A DNA stretch of 64,000 nt from Tubiluchus corallicola (taxonomy: Eukaryota; Animalia; Priapulida), in assembly GCA_030141605.1 (NCBI GenBank), contig JAQGDQ010000213.1:62001-126000 (forward strand), read 5' to 3'. Positions 14,601 to 29,933 of this stretch are shown here, one piece after another (positions within the stretch are counted from its first letter, which is position 1; each line of letters begins with the position of its first letter). The position numbers and the translations under genes were made by a program. Under the pieces are notes generated by a model that was not told where the DNA came from, ran no database searches, and saw nothing but the letters and a program-made list of their open reading frames with translations.

Positions 14601-15529
14601 TAATTATAAAAATTTGACATTCAACAAGAACCCGTAATAAGATTACCGTGGTTTATCAGTACGTACATGTAACTTTCCTTGGGGTTTAGACTGGAAAATA
14701 TGACTCCTATTTATAACATTTCTCTTGAAAAGGAAATCAATGAAATGTTTAGAAATCTTCATTAGGTGTCAATTGTTTCACGACAAGGAAAGTAAAGAAA
14801 GTCAGAAATCCCAACAACAAATCTAATAATCTACGCTATTATTTCTTTTCTTTTCCATTATTGTGTTGCTTCCTGTGCAACTCCGTCTTCAAAGAAGCTT
14901 TCTAAGCTTTTGGGAGTGTTTCGAGGCGAGGTCCTCGCGAGGCGAGCCGAGGTATTTCGAGGCAAAAACCTACGTATCATCTGAACATTTTGGAGAATAC
15001 GAACCTAATTGCTTATAGGTTTAGGGTTAGGTCAGTTGCTAAGTAACACATACACCAATCGGGAATTGTTCCGCCCCGGAAAGGAAAAGTTGGGTCATTT
15101 TTTTTCAAACCAATCACTTTGCGCACCTTGCGGCTAAGGGCAACCTCACGACTGACAATGATGTCTAGATAGAAAACATCTAGAATCACATACATGATGC
15201 AATATGAAACTCTGGTGTGTTAACCTACTCATTATGTCAAAAATGGCTATTTGGCATGTTCAAGCACATTATATTGATTATTGTTATGAGCACGTTACGG
15301 GTGTTTCAAGCGTCAGGACGCTCACGCGTAGAATTAGGTGTTGATTCACTTCATGGAAGTGCGTAGAAGTTCGCCTAGTCAATGTTAGGGGCCCGTCATG
15401 CATGTAACAGCATGTAATGGGGTGAAAATGGCGTTTCATCAAAATATTGCATAATGTAGCACATGACGGGCAACTGAGCACTAGTAAACAATTTCAAACT
15501 CATATCATGCAAGTTTGACGTGTTCGATA

Positions 15530-15885
15530 CCTGCTGAAACTATGCTTCAAGCAAGCTTCAAGTATAACAACCTGGAGCAGGGCTTCAAGCATTTGAGCAG
15601 TGTTCAAATATACATGTGACGTGTTGAAGCAGTGATTTAAGCGTAGATGTGACAAATTGAAACAGTGCTTCTAGCGCACATGTGACAAGATTGAAGCAGT
15701 GCTTTTAAGATGCGTGTGACAAGTTGAAGCAATGCTTCAAGCGTACGTGTGACGAAGTGAAGCATTACTTCATCCACACATGAGACAGGTTGAAGCAGTG
15801 GTTTAGAGATACTTACGAAAAGCTGAAGCAGTGCTTCAAGCATTACGTGTGGCAAAATAAAGCAGTGCTTCAAGCATACGTGCAA
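15530..15885. repeat. ~33-bp minisatellite with palindromic core TTGAAGCAGTGCTTCAA (~10 degenerate copies)
   Basis: Units such as ttgaagcaatgcttcaagcgtacgtgtgacgaag repeat with a period of about 33 bp. Confidence 0.85.
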
Positions 15886-16890
15886 TCAGTTGTTGCAACA
15901 CAATTATGGACGATGGTACACCAAGTGCTACATACTTCACATTTTATATGTTCTCTAATAAAGTAATGTTATAAATCATCTCCAAATTCCAGTATTTTAC
16001 ACCTCTTTAAAATGAAATAAAAAGATTATTTTTATTAAGGCAATTGATGCCTCAAATCAGCACATGTTTCTAGTGTTTTAGGTGAACATATATTATATTA
16101 TCCCTAACATTATTTTACACACAAAATAGTGACATTATATGTACAGTGTCTAGTGTACACTCATAATCATTCTGTATTCACTACTCCCCTCAGTGCAGGT
16201 AAACGAAGTTTGCCAAGACGTCAGAAATAACTTGCGGTTGTTGGAAATGAATAAGACAGGTCGCGGTTTACATCACAGGTTTTCATTAAAATACATAACA
16301 GTCCTACGAAACACAACATGCTTATAGATAGAATAGAAAAGTATCGTTTCTCCAGAAACTCCTGTGGCGTTTTACTTGTTCAATGTCAGGATGATGGCAA
16401 CGGATCCTGCAACATATGACATACATGTAAGCAGAATGTCAACCTGTAAACTCATTTAAGCTTGATCTCTCACCCGCTTTACGGGAATCGCATGACACCA
16501 GTAACTGAATTTGTAAGAACCTTTGAGAGCCCGTATATCAGCCCATCAGCCCAGCAGCTGCAAATTGAGACGGTGAAATGGAGACATTTACCCAATCTAG
16601 AAAATGTAATTGCCAATTGACTGGTGAAGTACGAGAAGGACGTACTCTGTGTGTGTCCTATAACCGATCATCTTAGAGTTAAACGGTCACACAGGTATTC
16701 TGACATGGACCCGTCATTGATGGACTGTGACTGTGAAATGAGAGAGCCTTAGATATCTTCGAAAATGGTGTTATTGCTACCATTTTGATTTCAACCAATA
16801 CGGAATTCGTTCTAGCACATTCTTGTGAAGTTTAATGACAATCCACCGCTAATTCACGTTGCCTTTAGCTTTTTTTAAAATGTCATCCCC

Positions 16891-17075
<185 letters not shown>

Positions 17076-17953
17076 CATCCAGATGAGTAGCGATTTGGGT
17101 TGATTCTTAGAATTTCTTTTCACCACAAACGTAGAAACATTCTCAGAACCACAAACATCTTTTGTAGGGGTTTCTTCTGGTTTAAACAACATACATATAT
17201 CTTATCAAGTGCTGTCTCATTTTGCGGCATTCACGTGCTGCTGATTTTTTTAATTTCTGTCAATGAGAAGTGGGAAGAATGTTAAAAAACACATTATAAG
17301 AAATATTATAAAGTTAAATATTTAAAAAATACGTTCAGAATTACTTGTAATACTTATAAGTATAGCAAGTCTATCATTTCTTGTTCATATATAGGAACAC
17401 AGTTACAGACTGATAATAAGAAGTATTAGTGGATTGATGCTTGCGGGCAGTAAGAAATACGCATTAGGTAATTGAAATTAGAGTCTTGATATTCAAGATT
17501 TTGTGCAATACAGCATTGCGTTTATCAGACCAGATCATGCAGCGATCATTACACAATTTTGAACCTCATTAGATTTACATGGCGGCCAAAGAGTGGGAAG
17601 AAAGTAGTGCAACCTCATTAGGTAGTTCCGATAGCACTGTAGCCTCGGAGGCAAAGCCATTGATAGCACGTCAACATAAGATTTTTGCAAAAACACAGTC
17701 TCAACGTAGTGTGTTACGTTGCTTGCACAAACTGTAAAGAATTCCTTAAGTCGATAAGAAAGATCCACAAGGAAGAATTTAAAAACATGACGTTTCACTC
17801 CACCACAATGGCTTATAAGGCGGCGTGATTTTCTTTCATCCCTTTCTTGTGGGATTTTTTTAACTGTTTCAATTTTACCATTACGAGTTATTGCCGAGTT
17901 AATCGTTTCAGCTGTTAGTCACATCCACACACATGTTAGTTACATTTTGTGTG

Positions 17954-17985
<32 letters not shown>

Positions 17986-20015
17986 TGTGTGTTTCGTTTT
18001 TGATTTAAATAAAATTTTTGATTTAAAAAAATGCAACCACATTGTATTTACGCCAACTCGGTTGTTCACTTTATATTTCAACTTTTTAAAGTCGCTGAAT
18101 TCCTCATCATGCTGAATCATTTGTCTTCCTGTCAGCTCTCACCAGGAGGGATGGTCGATCTGTCGGTATCGATCCACTTAACGAAGTGTGTTAAATTTTT
18201 CAAAGAAATTTAGACGGGTCGATAATGTCTTTGTAAACAGCGTTGGCGTTTGCAAAAGTGTCACGACTCGATCAAACTTGCGACACCCTTTTGCACTCGA
18301 GCTTGAAGCCACGTAATTTTCCGGTAATTTGCAGGTTTAACTTGAGATTCCCCGTGAGGCCATTGTTGTTCTAACAGCGCCAGCGGCAAAGTGGCATGCC
18401 ACTATTATTTTTACTAGCATGTTTTTAACTACATAAATGTCAGCTTCTATCACATTACAAGCAGGCGATTAAGAGCAATTAAATCCAGTGTTTGATGACT
18501 GGCAAACTGATTTTTTCGTTTGTTTGCATTTGTTTGTTTCATTGTTTGACTGTGTGTCAACGTAAGTTGGGTTCTAAATTCGCTTACACTTACTTCCTTA
18601 GTGGGAGGAATAGTTGGAATCAATCTGTCAAGAGAAGCCACCCAGATATAGGTTGATTGATAGACATTGATTTATTTAATAGTCAGGTCCAATATTAATT
18701 GACTTTACAGTCAACCACAGTCTGCGTGTACACTCAACTGTTTGCCGTCTATATGCCGGCTCCAGCGACTGCAGAAAACCTTAAAAAACCTTTCACAACG
18801 TTTTTGTTGGAAATAAGCAGTTAGACCTCGCCGGGTGTGCGAGCACTAGACTGTCATTAGAATCACGCACCAAAAACCGAGGAAATACAACCACGTCACC
18901 TGGGAAGCTGAATGATAATTTCTATGCGCGACGCTCCTAATTGTCACTTATCGACGAAATTACTGCATCAAAAACAATCTGACATTTAAGCTGCACTAGA
19001 ATAATTAGCAAAACTCTTCACGGCTTTTGACAGGAGACAAAACCCATTACCCATCAAAAAATAATGAAATCACGTTCTTTCTCAGATTTTCTGTGAGAAA
19101 CCAGATAACCGCCAGAGTAGCTAATTATATAATATATATATGTATATATAGGTAAAAAGCTGACGTAAATAATATATTAACTCGACTTGTTCAAAGTATA
19201 AATGACTACTATACTCGCAATTACTCTGGGTCATTAAAATTTTGTTAACAGATCTACGCTTCCTTGTTAGTTAGCTCTCTCAGGTTTTCTGATCAAGTCA
19301 TCTTTTTCATTTCAAAAATCTCTCTTGACCAGTTCACCAACCAAGTGAAAGAATATATTTGGAAAGTTCGTTCCATGCAAGAAATACAGATATCAAGTTA
19401 ATCGCGAACTTGACGACAAACTTTTGCACTCGCAATTACAAAAGTGCCATCTCCTTATTTAGTATAAAAAGAAAACAAGTATCTACGCTGTAACTTCTTA
19501 TAATCATCAAGCGTTGTTTTAAATTCGTGTTTAGAACGCATTGCGCACAACACCATCATCAATTCCTCTTTGATTTCATTTCTGCTGACTGTGAAATGTG
19601 AACTGAATTGTGACTTTTCAGTTAGATTACTTGCATACGAATGTGTCACTTGAATGCACGCAAGTTTCATCAGTTCCTGGACATATAACAGGCTAATATC
19701 GGGCAATGAGTTTCACGTTTTCCTAAAACCCATTAAATTACCTGGACATAGGTATAAATAGTTTCCTAAATTAGCTGGCAACTAGCGATATCATTAATTA
19801 ATTATGACTGTAATTGTCAGAATTTTTATAAACCATTGCGGTTTATTTTACCAACATTACCCATTGCGGGTTGAAGAAAGGAGACACTGAAAAAAATGTT
19901 GACTAGTCGGGATATGAACCCGAACCCGTTGCCTGAGATGGCAACCGAGCATGACAGAGCAGGCCTAAGATCTCCTCCTTGTAGCTCACAATCCAACGTC
20001 GCTGTTGGATTGTGG

Positions 20016-20516
<501 letters not shown>

Positions 20517-22567
20517 ACGTTTTGCATTTTTTCTACTTTTTTTGTATATGACTTCCATGAAGAAACTGTTCTGATTATCGGACGTCTGAGACGTCATCTG
20601 TGAGGAAGAGGATGTCTGACCTTCTTTATGAACAATAAGGTCATAAGGTCACTAGTCGCAATTAGTGTGAAGCTACGCATAGTTAAGATGACCGTTCCAT
20701 TCTGTTTGACGGAGTGAATGATCCGTTAGTCAGTCAGTCAGTGAGTATGAGCTTAATTTAAGCAGATGTGTAAGAAAATAAACGAGAAAACGTGCAGGTG
20801 AATGAGTACTGAGGTAAATAAGCGATAAATCAATATGTTAAGACAGAAAGTATTGCAGTTATAAAGGGCCGCTCATTGGCCTTTCAGACTTACGTTTTTG
20901 AGAAATTAAAGAATAGATCAGCATTTCTATATCTGTATTTCTACATGTTATTCGTTATTTGTGTTGTGTCCTTAAATCTATTGTTGTAAATATAAGTTGT
21001 TGAATGGCCATTAGTGCTGTTGTTTGTTAAAATGAGCGACGGTTAATAAATATTGTTCTTGAAATGTGTACGTACATTGGCAGATTTAGCGAGATTGTGA
21101 AACACCTGCTTAATTATTGAAGAAATGTATGTAACAGAAGCCAATGCGCTAATCCATTAGTAGCATGGGATGGTAATTGCTTCGCACATAACAGAAATAT
21201 CCGTAAAAGCGTTACGCTTTGCATAAGCTATGTATTTACCAAGGAGGGAAGATATTTTGCAGATAATCAAGCAGTGCCCTTGATTTATTGCTAGGATGCA
21301 AGCTGGTACGAGTATAAGCCCCCCACAAGATAGTCAGACTTGGCTATTCTTAAACCGATATTTAGATATGACAAAGGCGCCTCAGGATTACTATAATATT
21401 TGAAAAAAGAGTTAATTTATTGCTTTTATAAAGTAGGATTGAAATACTAATTTAACCGCCTCTTAACGCACGGTAGAAAACAATAACAATAATCTCACAA
21501 TTATGTCACGATAAAAACATTATTAAAAGCATATATGATCGTATAAGCACATTTAGTACAATTAACATGAGGATATCAATTAGAATATTGCTGAAACGTT
21601 TTTAATAAAGATGTTTTATTGTATATTAAGTATAAAAGTTATTGTTCTTGGAGTTAAGAATTCATTGGTTTTACAAATAATAACGTTTACCTCCCATGTA
21701 ATATGTAATATAAGATGCAGAATTGTACAATATAAAATATATTTTTTGTTTTACCAAAAGTTGATAGTGGTAAAGTTGGTAGATATGAAAGGTTTTAGAG
21801 TACTAGTAAAAAGACTCACATGATCTTAGTTTCTGGAAATTGTGTGAAATTGAGTTAATGCGGAAATCATCCTTTGTTTTAAATTTAGTCTTGTCCATAT
21901 TATATTAGTCAGAACACTAGCCATTTGGATGTCAATTTAAAATATATTTTATGTGCAGCCTCGGAAGCGAAATCGTTTTAAGTTTTCTTCGCTGCTCCTA
22001 GCGGATGCTTTGCTAACTTGACTTTAATGACTCACACACTGCTTTGTGGTGAAACTTTAAAGCATGTTTGCGAAAATTCGCAGCTGAAGTTGCATTGGTA
22101 CACGCAAGATAGTCAAGCTTCCTTTACACTGTGAAAATCTGGTTATCAGGAGTTAAAGGTAGCTAGCTAATATCCAGTAAAACGGATATTATATGTGGGG
22201 AAGACAACAGGAAGATCAACATTACAGTTAATTATGTTTGATGTTATACGGTTGTTAGAAGGAAGATCAAACACCCAACGCCGGTATAACATATTGGGGT
22301 TTTATTTAATATAGCAACACCCAGGGGGCAACACAATTTGATACAGGCGTCGTCAATGGATAAATGATTAATGTAGCTAGGTTCTTGCATGCACGTCATA
22401 CATTGTTGTATTTATACTGATTGGTCCCGATGCTATTAGCTTTCCTGTTTAGGGTAACAAGGGACATTTTATTCCTTTGAACGTTTGCTCATTTGTACTT
22501 GCTAGAGCACTGAATATTCCGTTAATGTTATAAGGAGAATGATAAGGTTAATGTAATCCTTTGCTGG

Positions 22568-22571
22568 CTCT

Positions 22572-22665
<94 letters not shown>
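22568..22665. repeat. (TC)n microsatellite
   Basis: Seen directly. Confidence 0.95.
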
Positions 22666-22666
<1 letters not shown>

Positions 22667-24310
22667 TTATGTAAACTGCCATTGTCTTTAACGGAAAAAA
22701 TCCTATTAATATTCAATACTAAATACTATGTAAGACATCTTGATTTTTAAGGCATGCTAGTTAAATACATCGTTATTTTGAGTCACATAATTTATTAAAT
22801 AAAAAGCTTGCTTAAATAATAATAATTGTGGAAAGAATTATTGCTTTAATAGCACCACGTAAAAATTAACCAAAAAGTCCTTCAGTAGAGGATATGGTTG
22901 CCTCCATTACAATAAATCGTTAATATAATATTCTAGCTGCAAATTATAAATAATGTGTCATTCTAGTAGTGTTTTTCAGTTACATTCATTAAAAAGTCGG
23001 TACTAAGGTTGGAATTCCAATTAAGGTCAACTATACATCGAAGCCCATAATGACAGAAATAATTATCATCGTATTATATCCTTTGCTATGCTATCATATC
23101 TGTCTATAACAGCACTTTGTGTAGGATTTTTATACATTTTTGAAAGAAACTAACTTTTCGCTTTTAGTGGGAACAATCGTGTACTGGCTGACTCCAAAAT
23201 TCGATCATTCTGAGGCCCAGTTCGTGGAGTTCAAGCAATCTCAAAGAAATAGGTTCAAGCCTTCGTGAAGCAAAATGGAAATGGAATTCTGACTGACAAA
23301 GAATTTTCACTCATGTTTTTGATGGAGCTGAAATTTGTAAATCCGTAAAACCTTCCTTCTAACAGCAAGTCAACAGATTACCCAGGTTGCAACAAACGAC
23401 CGCATGATAGTATTGTGACATTACCAGTGTTAAGCAGGATGAAAAACTTCAAGTTGCAGGTTTTAACGAATGCTTTACATTAGAAATGAGTCATGTAATG
23501 GGGTTAGGCAAACCTGGTGACATTTGCAAGTAAATTTATCACTTTCTGACAACCAAACGATTGGCAGTGTTTTGCTGATAGCTTTGCGCAAACATCAGCG
23601 TTAAGAAGCTGTAGCACGCAAACGTTGCAGCTTAACTTCAGTCTAACATAATTGCAAAAATGTTGGCGTCGATTTTAAGATGTTAATAGCCATTGAACAT
23701 GAAATATGTCGTATTGGTCTGACAATGAAAAACAGATTCAGTCAGTCATTGCATAAATGACACCGCTAGAACTTAAAGGTCATCTTTTCTTCAAAAATGC
23801 ATAAAAATGATGTACAAAAGACTTGTGGTTTGCAGTATAAACAAATATGAAAACACATAACATATGCTATAACACCGAGATAACTCTTGCTACATGGGCT
23901 ATTATGTCACATTTGATTTTAGGTTGTATTTCAAGGTTGACTTTTTAGTAAATTTAAACTCCAAAACGCTAATAGATTGACACATTGTACATGTTTTGCA
24001 GATAAGAAATAATGTTAGGCCTATTGGTTATATGCAGTAATGGATATCAAAGGCAACAGTATCCCTCTATTTAGGGAACTTCAAGTAAATTTCCAGGTGG
24101 TGCCCTTAAAGCAACTGCTTTTACTCAGTGCAGTTATTTGAGTAACTAATTATGTTACTTAAAACAAAAAGGTATTTTTGACTAGGGTGACTTAAATGTC
24201 AAGAAGCCATAATTGACTTTGAATATTAGTGACAATTTTTTCTTAAAGATGTAGCGGGTTATTACGTCGAACCTATTCATGGTAAGCCGGGTTGTTAAAA
24301 TTTTTTACTT

Positions 24311-24339
24311 ATACATACACACACACACACACACACACA

Positions 24340-24394
<55 letters not shown>

Positions 24395-25368
24395 TAATGA
24401 ACATCACAAATGTTAATAAAGAATTACATCTGCATATGACATTCATCAGTGCATAAAACACTGCAAAAGACAAATGCGTCGGGTGTATAGCTATCACTAC
24501 ACACACAATGAACATTGACATTTGCAACATACAGATACTAAATAAATCATTTTATATTTACAATATATACACACGTTTACATTAAAACGTTTTGATTTTA
24601 CAAGATTATGAACGGGGAAAAATGTAATCACTCTGCGTATAAATATTGTTGTTTTGGTATACAGGATGTTCAAATCTAGTTAAAACGTATTTTTTTATTT
24701 TTTTAAAGTTAGGTAAAGTTGTTTCTTAATCTTTAACTTCTTTCGGTAAAGTATTCCATAATCAGATAGCTTGCTTTGATAAAGAATTATTTCCGTATTT
24801 GTTGTTAGTTTTAATTTGCAACAGATTACCAGTACGAGAATTTAGTGTTGGATTTCGAAGAAGTGGCAATTCATTGTTCCTGAAAGGTATATTTATTTTA
24901 TTATATGTATTTATATAGAAATATTAGTGTTGGCAGTCGAGGTGGGCTTCTAATATTGGAATTTTTAGTTGTTGCCTTAACGCAGTTGCCGAAAATCTTG
25001 ATGCAGTTGATGATTTAAATGAATACCCAGGGAATAATTTTGCAAAAGATTTAGTTTAATAAATTTCTCCCTTTTTGTATTATGAAATAATTTGCAACCA
25101 TGTAGATAATGAGGAAGTATTAGGGTTTTGTAAATTAGTGTCTTAGTATTTAGATTTAGTTGTCTTCGAACTTGCCTTAAATAAGATGTACTAGCTGGCA
25201 TTTTAGAAAAAATGTTGTTAAATTGTTCATTCCATGATAAAGTATTGTCTACATGAATTCCAAGGAATTTCGCTGTTTTAGTTTTTTCTACTTGTAAAGT
25301 TATGTTGTTATGAGATAAAACCATAATTTCTGTTTTACTCTCGTTCATTTCTAAATTGAAGTAGTTAA
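24311..25368 (-). mobile_element. Degenerate 3' fragment of a CR1/L2-group LINE, related to the element at 27868-29969
   Basis: ORF 24977-25348 (MNESKTEIMV..KFLGIHVDNTLSWNEQF..LIYKTLILPHYLHGC..LQNYSL) parallels MNDDKTEFMV..LLGITVDNKLTWDEQF..LIYKSLILPHYLYGC..MQNYAL. Shares the 3'UTR motif gacgcatttgtctt..cagtgtt. Ends in a (TG)n-rich repeat. Confidence 0.85.
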
Positions 25369-25669
25369 CACACGGATAATATGGACGGTTTTTAGAGTAC
25401 TATCATCACACAAGCTAGTTCTAACTGTCTAATTTTCTTAGTTTTTGGAGACAGAGAAAAAGAAGGAGAAAAAAGGAAAATGGTGCAAATTTAGTAACAT
25501 GAATACTGAATGTACGCAGAAGTGTAAGTGCGCCAGTTCTTACTGTAACTGTTAATATGTAGTTCAAATGTAAAGAAAGAAATCTCGAGCAGATCTCGTG
25601 AAAGCTAGAATTTTTCTTTATTTTTTAAGTGTAAATAATTCGCGACCAATATAGATATATATATATCTA

Positions 25670-25722
<53 letters not shown>

Positions 25723-27867
25723 TTGTAGCCGATATAAACTCGTTTTTACCTTCAACCTTCAACTCTGCCGTTGAATGGGCTTCTTTTCTAGTGATTTATA
25801 TGACATTGTTGCCAAACGTTGTTACATTTAGAGACTCGAGCATTCTCCTAAGCGTTTGAAATTGTTCTAGAAATATGGCTTTCCCCGAATTATCGTGCAT
25901 TCAACTCGCACTGGACCCAACAATCAAGCTTAATAATCTCAATGAACGAACTTTGTTTCATAAGCTCTCCCACTGCATGAAATTACGCCAGCGTCAATTT
26001 CTACAAGCAGAATAAGTTATAACTATTATCTTATTCAAAGGTCACTGTAGTAAGTGGCTAGTTTGATCGGTCTCTACAGTTATACTAATTATTGAGCAAT
26101 GTATGTTCGGTTCAGTGACATTCTTTGTCTTCGATTGTGCTTTCAATTACTTTTGTTTCCTTTTAACTGTTTTCTAGAAGAGAAGGGCTAATTAAAAAGG
26201 ACCGACTGACTATTCACAAAATTTTAGGAGAGCAATTATTGCGCTCACTTACCGCTGAACTGTGGAATGATAGCAAGGGTAGGAAAAGCTGCGTTCGACG
26301 TCTGCTTGGCCGATTGCTGCACAACGTTCCTGCCTGTTACATCTAAATGCTTTGCAAAATGAAAAATTTACAGCAGTTTTTGGCTTTGCTTTTGGCTCAA
26401 ATTCCACGAAAAATTGAGAAAATAAATGATAATAATGCAAGAGTGTGGTTAAGAAAGAGTGAAAAGAAGCCGAGAAATAGCGAGGGAGAGATATAGAGAG
26501 AGGGAGTTTTCTGCTACAAAAATAATTGGTTTTAACCATAAAGTTCTATTGGTTGAAAAGTACTAGCTGATAACTGTCCTTAATAAATCCGTTGTATCAT
26601 TGATTCATTAAGAATGACTCGATCTCAGACTTTTTGTATAACATCATATGACGTGGGATCTGTGTAATGTTCGATGTCCGCAGTATAACTGACTTGCTCT
26701 TTTTTAGATATTCACTAGTCTACACTTCCTAGTGGCGTTTCATAAGATGTTTGTAGGCTGCTTGTCTACAGTCCTGGAATATGTGCACTGTATTTCGACT
26801 GACCATATTATCTTCACAACCGCTTAGGATTTTTAGCATGAATTTAATAACCACGTCTAATGGTTTAATTACTGTGTCTAATGGTTTTAAGCCACATATG
26901 TATTCAAGTTTTTTGCATGTTTAAATAACATACCTATCGCCGTTTTCATTAAATACTAAACTATGTCATCAAAAACGATTTTTTGGTATTGATCGATGCC
27001 ACATAAGCGTAGACAATCATTGACAAAATGACAGCTTTGTGTATCGGTACCACAGTTTAAAGACTTAGCATTTTTTACATCTATGATATTTTTGTTTGAT
27101 GAGATGCCGTCTCTTCCAGACTGTCTTTTTAACTTCATCTGCTTGCTTATTGTAATTTAACTGTTTGTCTATTGTTACAACTAGCATTTTACTGGCTTCA
27201 CGTATTTGATTCCTTGAGTTCCTAATGGTATTGTGACGTTGTGAAATTCAAATGGGATTACTTTGGTTTTATTGGAGCCAGAGTTTCTACCCAGCCTCCA
27301 TTTAAAGCACCACTACTGAACGTCACAACAATTTCGGGCTGTATGATGTCACTGCTTAGGGGATGAATGCGACACAACAATACTGCCATAAACAGAATAT
27401 CTCTGGGCTGGTAATGTCGCTAAACATGTCATTTACAAAAAAAGATGAAAAGTAGACGGAACAGTGCAGAGCCTTGCAGAAGGCCAGTATTGTAGTTTCT
27501 CTTTGGTGCTGTGTAGTCCCCCATATTTAAACACGTTTCTATTTTACAGGCTGTCCCCAGTTAGCCCGAGAATTGTAACCAGCGATTTCACTAGTCATCA
27601 CCTTGACTAGCAGACCATCTATCTATATCCTATCGAATGCGCGTTCATAGTCACAGCAGATCCCCTTACATTAATTACCCTTAAGAACTTAGTTCTGAAG
27701 CACCAAAATCATTCTCACATGATATCTAACTGTACTGTGATTGGGCTTAAACCACTCTTGCGTCTAGCAAATTATTAAGTCCAAAGCTACCTGTTAGATA
27801 TTAATCTTTCAAGTAAGTTGCCAAAGTAGGAAGATATGGCTATTTATCTGTATGATCCTGGTTAACT

Positions 27868-29933
27868 TGCTAACAAATTAAATTCCACATTTATCAATCT
27901 CGGAAAATTTGACAACATGCCACACCAACATAATGCAAATATACACAATATATACAAAAACCAATCAGTAATACAATCCACTTTCTCATTTACTAGCCTC
28001 ACAGAATACGACATCTTTAGAATATTAAACAGTTTAAATATAAATAAAGGAAGTGGACCCTCAGACATGCCAATAAAGATCTTAAAAGACTGTGCCAGCA
28101 TCATTACTCCTCATCTAACATATATCACAAACCAAGTCTTAATGCGCTCAGAATTTCCAGCAGTGTGTAAACATACAAACATAACTCCAATACACAAGAA
28201 AGATGCTAAAGATGATGCTAAAAACTACAGACCAATCTCAGTAGTGCACGTACTAGCCAAAGTATTTGAAAGAGTTATCTACAACCAAATAAACCATTAC
28301 ATTGAAAATAATAAGTTACTGTCAAATCATCAATTTGGTTTTAGAAAACTACATTCTACAATAGACGCGATAATTGATGCCACTGAAAAGTGGCGTTACA
28401 ACTTAAATAAAAATAAATATATAACAGCAGCATTTTTAGATCTAAGTAAAGCTTTTGACAGCCTCGATCACAATTTACTACTAGACAACTTACGCCAACT
28501 AGGATTCGATTATACTTCTCTCAAACTAATAAATAATTACCTACACAATAGAAAACAACGAGTCAAAGTGAACAAACACACTTTTTCAACATGGGACACA
28601 CCACAGAGAGGCATCCCACAAGGTACGATATTAGGTCCATTACTCTTTTGTTTATACGTTAATAAAATTCATTTAGTTTTACATAATTCAGACTTAACAC
28701 AATATGCCGATGATACAACACTCTATACAGCACACGCAGACTTTCTAACATCAAAAAATAATCTAGAAAAAGACATAACAAATATAAATGCAGCATTTAA
28801 CTATTTTAGTTTAAAAATGAATGATGATAAGACAGAATTTATGGTAATATCACCCAAATCCAATGACATTACTTCTAATGCAACACTAAAAGTAGGTGAC
28901 TGTTCCATAGAACAAGCAAAAACTGTAAAACTTTTAGGCATTACTGTCGACAATAAACTCACTTGGGATGAACAGTTTCATCAAATGCACAACAAGATGG
29001 CATTAAGCACGACATTCTTACGCCAAACCAGAGGCCATCTAACCAAGAAAACAAAAATTCTCATCTACAAAAGTCTAATATTACCACATTATCTATATGG
29101 TTGCACTTTACTTCAAAACGTTAAATACGAAAACTTTAGAAAACTAAATACAATGCAAAACTACGCACTTAGATTAATTCATGGCTACTCTAACAAAACT
29201 GCTAAACAACATGCTGCTTCTGCAACAAGCTTAAGAACGTCCACAAAAATACCAATATTAGAAGCCTATCGAGATTACAAAACACTGATATTTCTTTATA
29301 AATATATAAATAAACTGAGCATTCCATTTATAAACAATCCCTTAGCGTTTATTCCTGATACCACATTGAACACTAGAACATACAATTTAAAGCAAATTAC
29401 AGTAAACAATAAATTTGGAAATAACTCTATATCAAAACAGGCCATACATTTATGGAACTTACTACCCAGTGCAATAAAACAAATAGAATCTCTCCACCAC
29501 TTTAAAAAGAAATTAAAAGAATATCAATATAACAGGTTTCAACTTCCACATTGTGCATCTGATACTAATTACACGGACTCCACCTTCATATACCCCCGCC
29601 CCTGACTCCATATAATGATTAAAAATGAAATTTTTTTAAAAAAATTATGTAATGTAATACGTGTTATGTTAGTTTCGTGTTTCGTAATGTTAAATGTATA
29701 AATAGTGTGCACTATGTAATGTAAAATTTAATGTACTTTCCTATAATTGTTTGTAAAAATATTTTAATATGGTATTTGTAAATATGTTCATTATATTGTA
29801 TATAGTTTGCACTTTAGTTTTTTTAGTATGCACTGGACGCATTTGTCTTGAACAGTGTTGTTATTTTAACATTACGCTGAGGCTAACTCAATTTTATTAT
29901 AATGAGAGAACCGTTTTTATGACAAATAAAGAA

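Noticed and set aside
15530-15885. CRISPR array
   Set aside because: Eukaryotic context, linkers are similar to each other, repeats are degenerate, and there are no cas genes.
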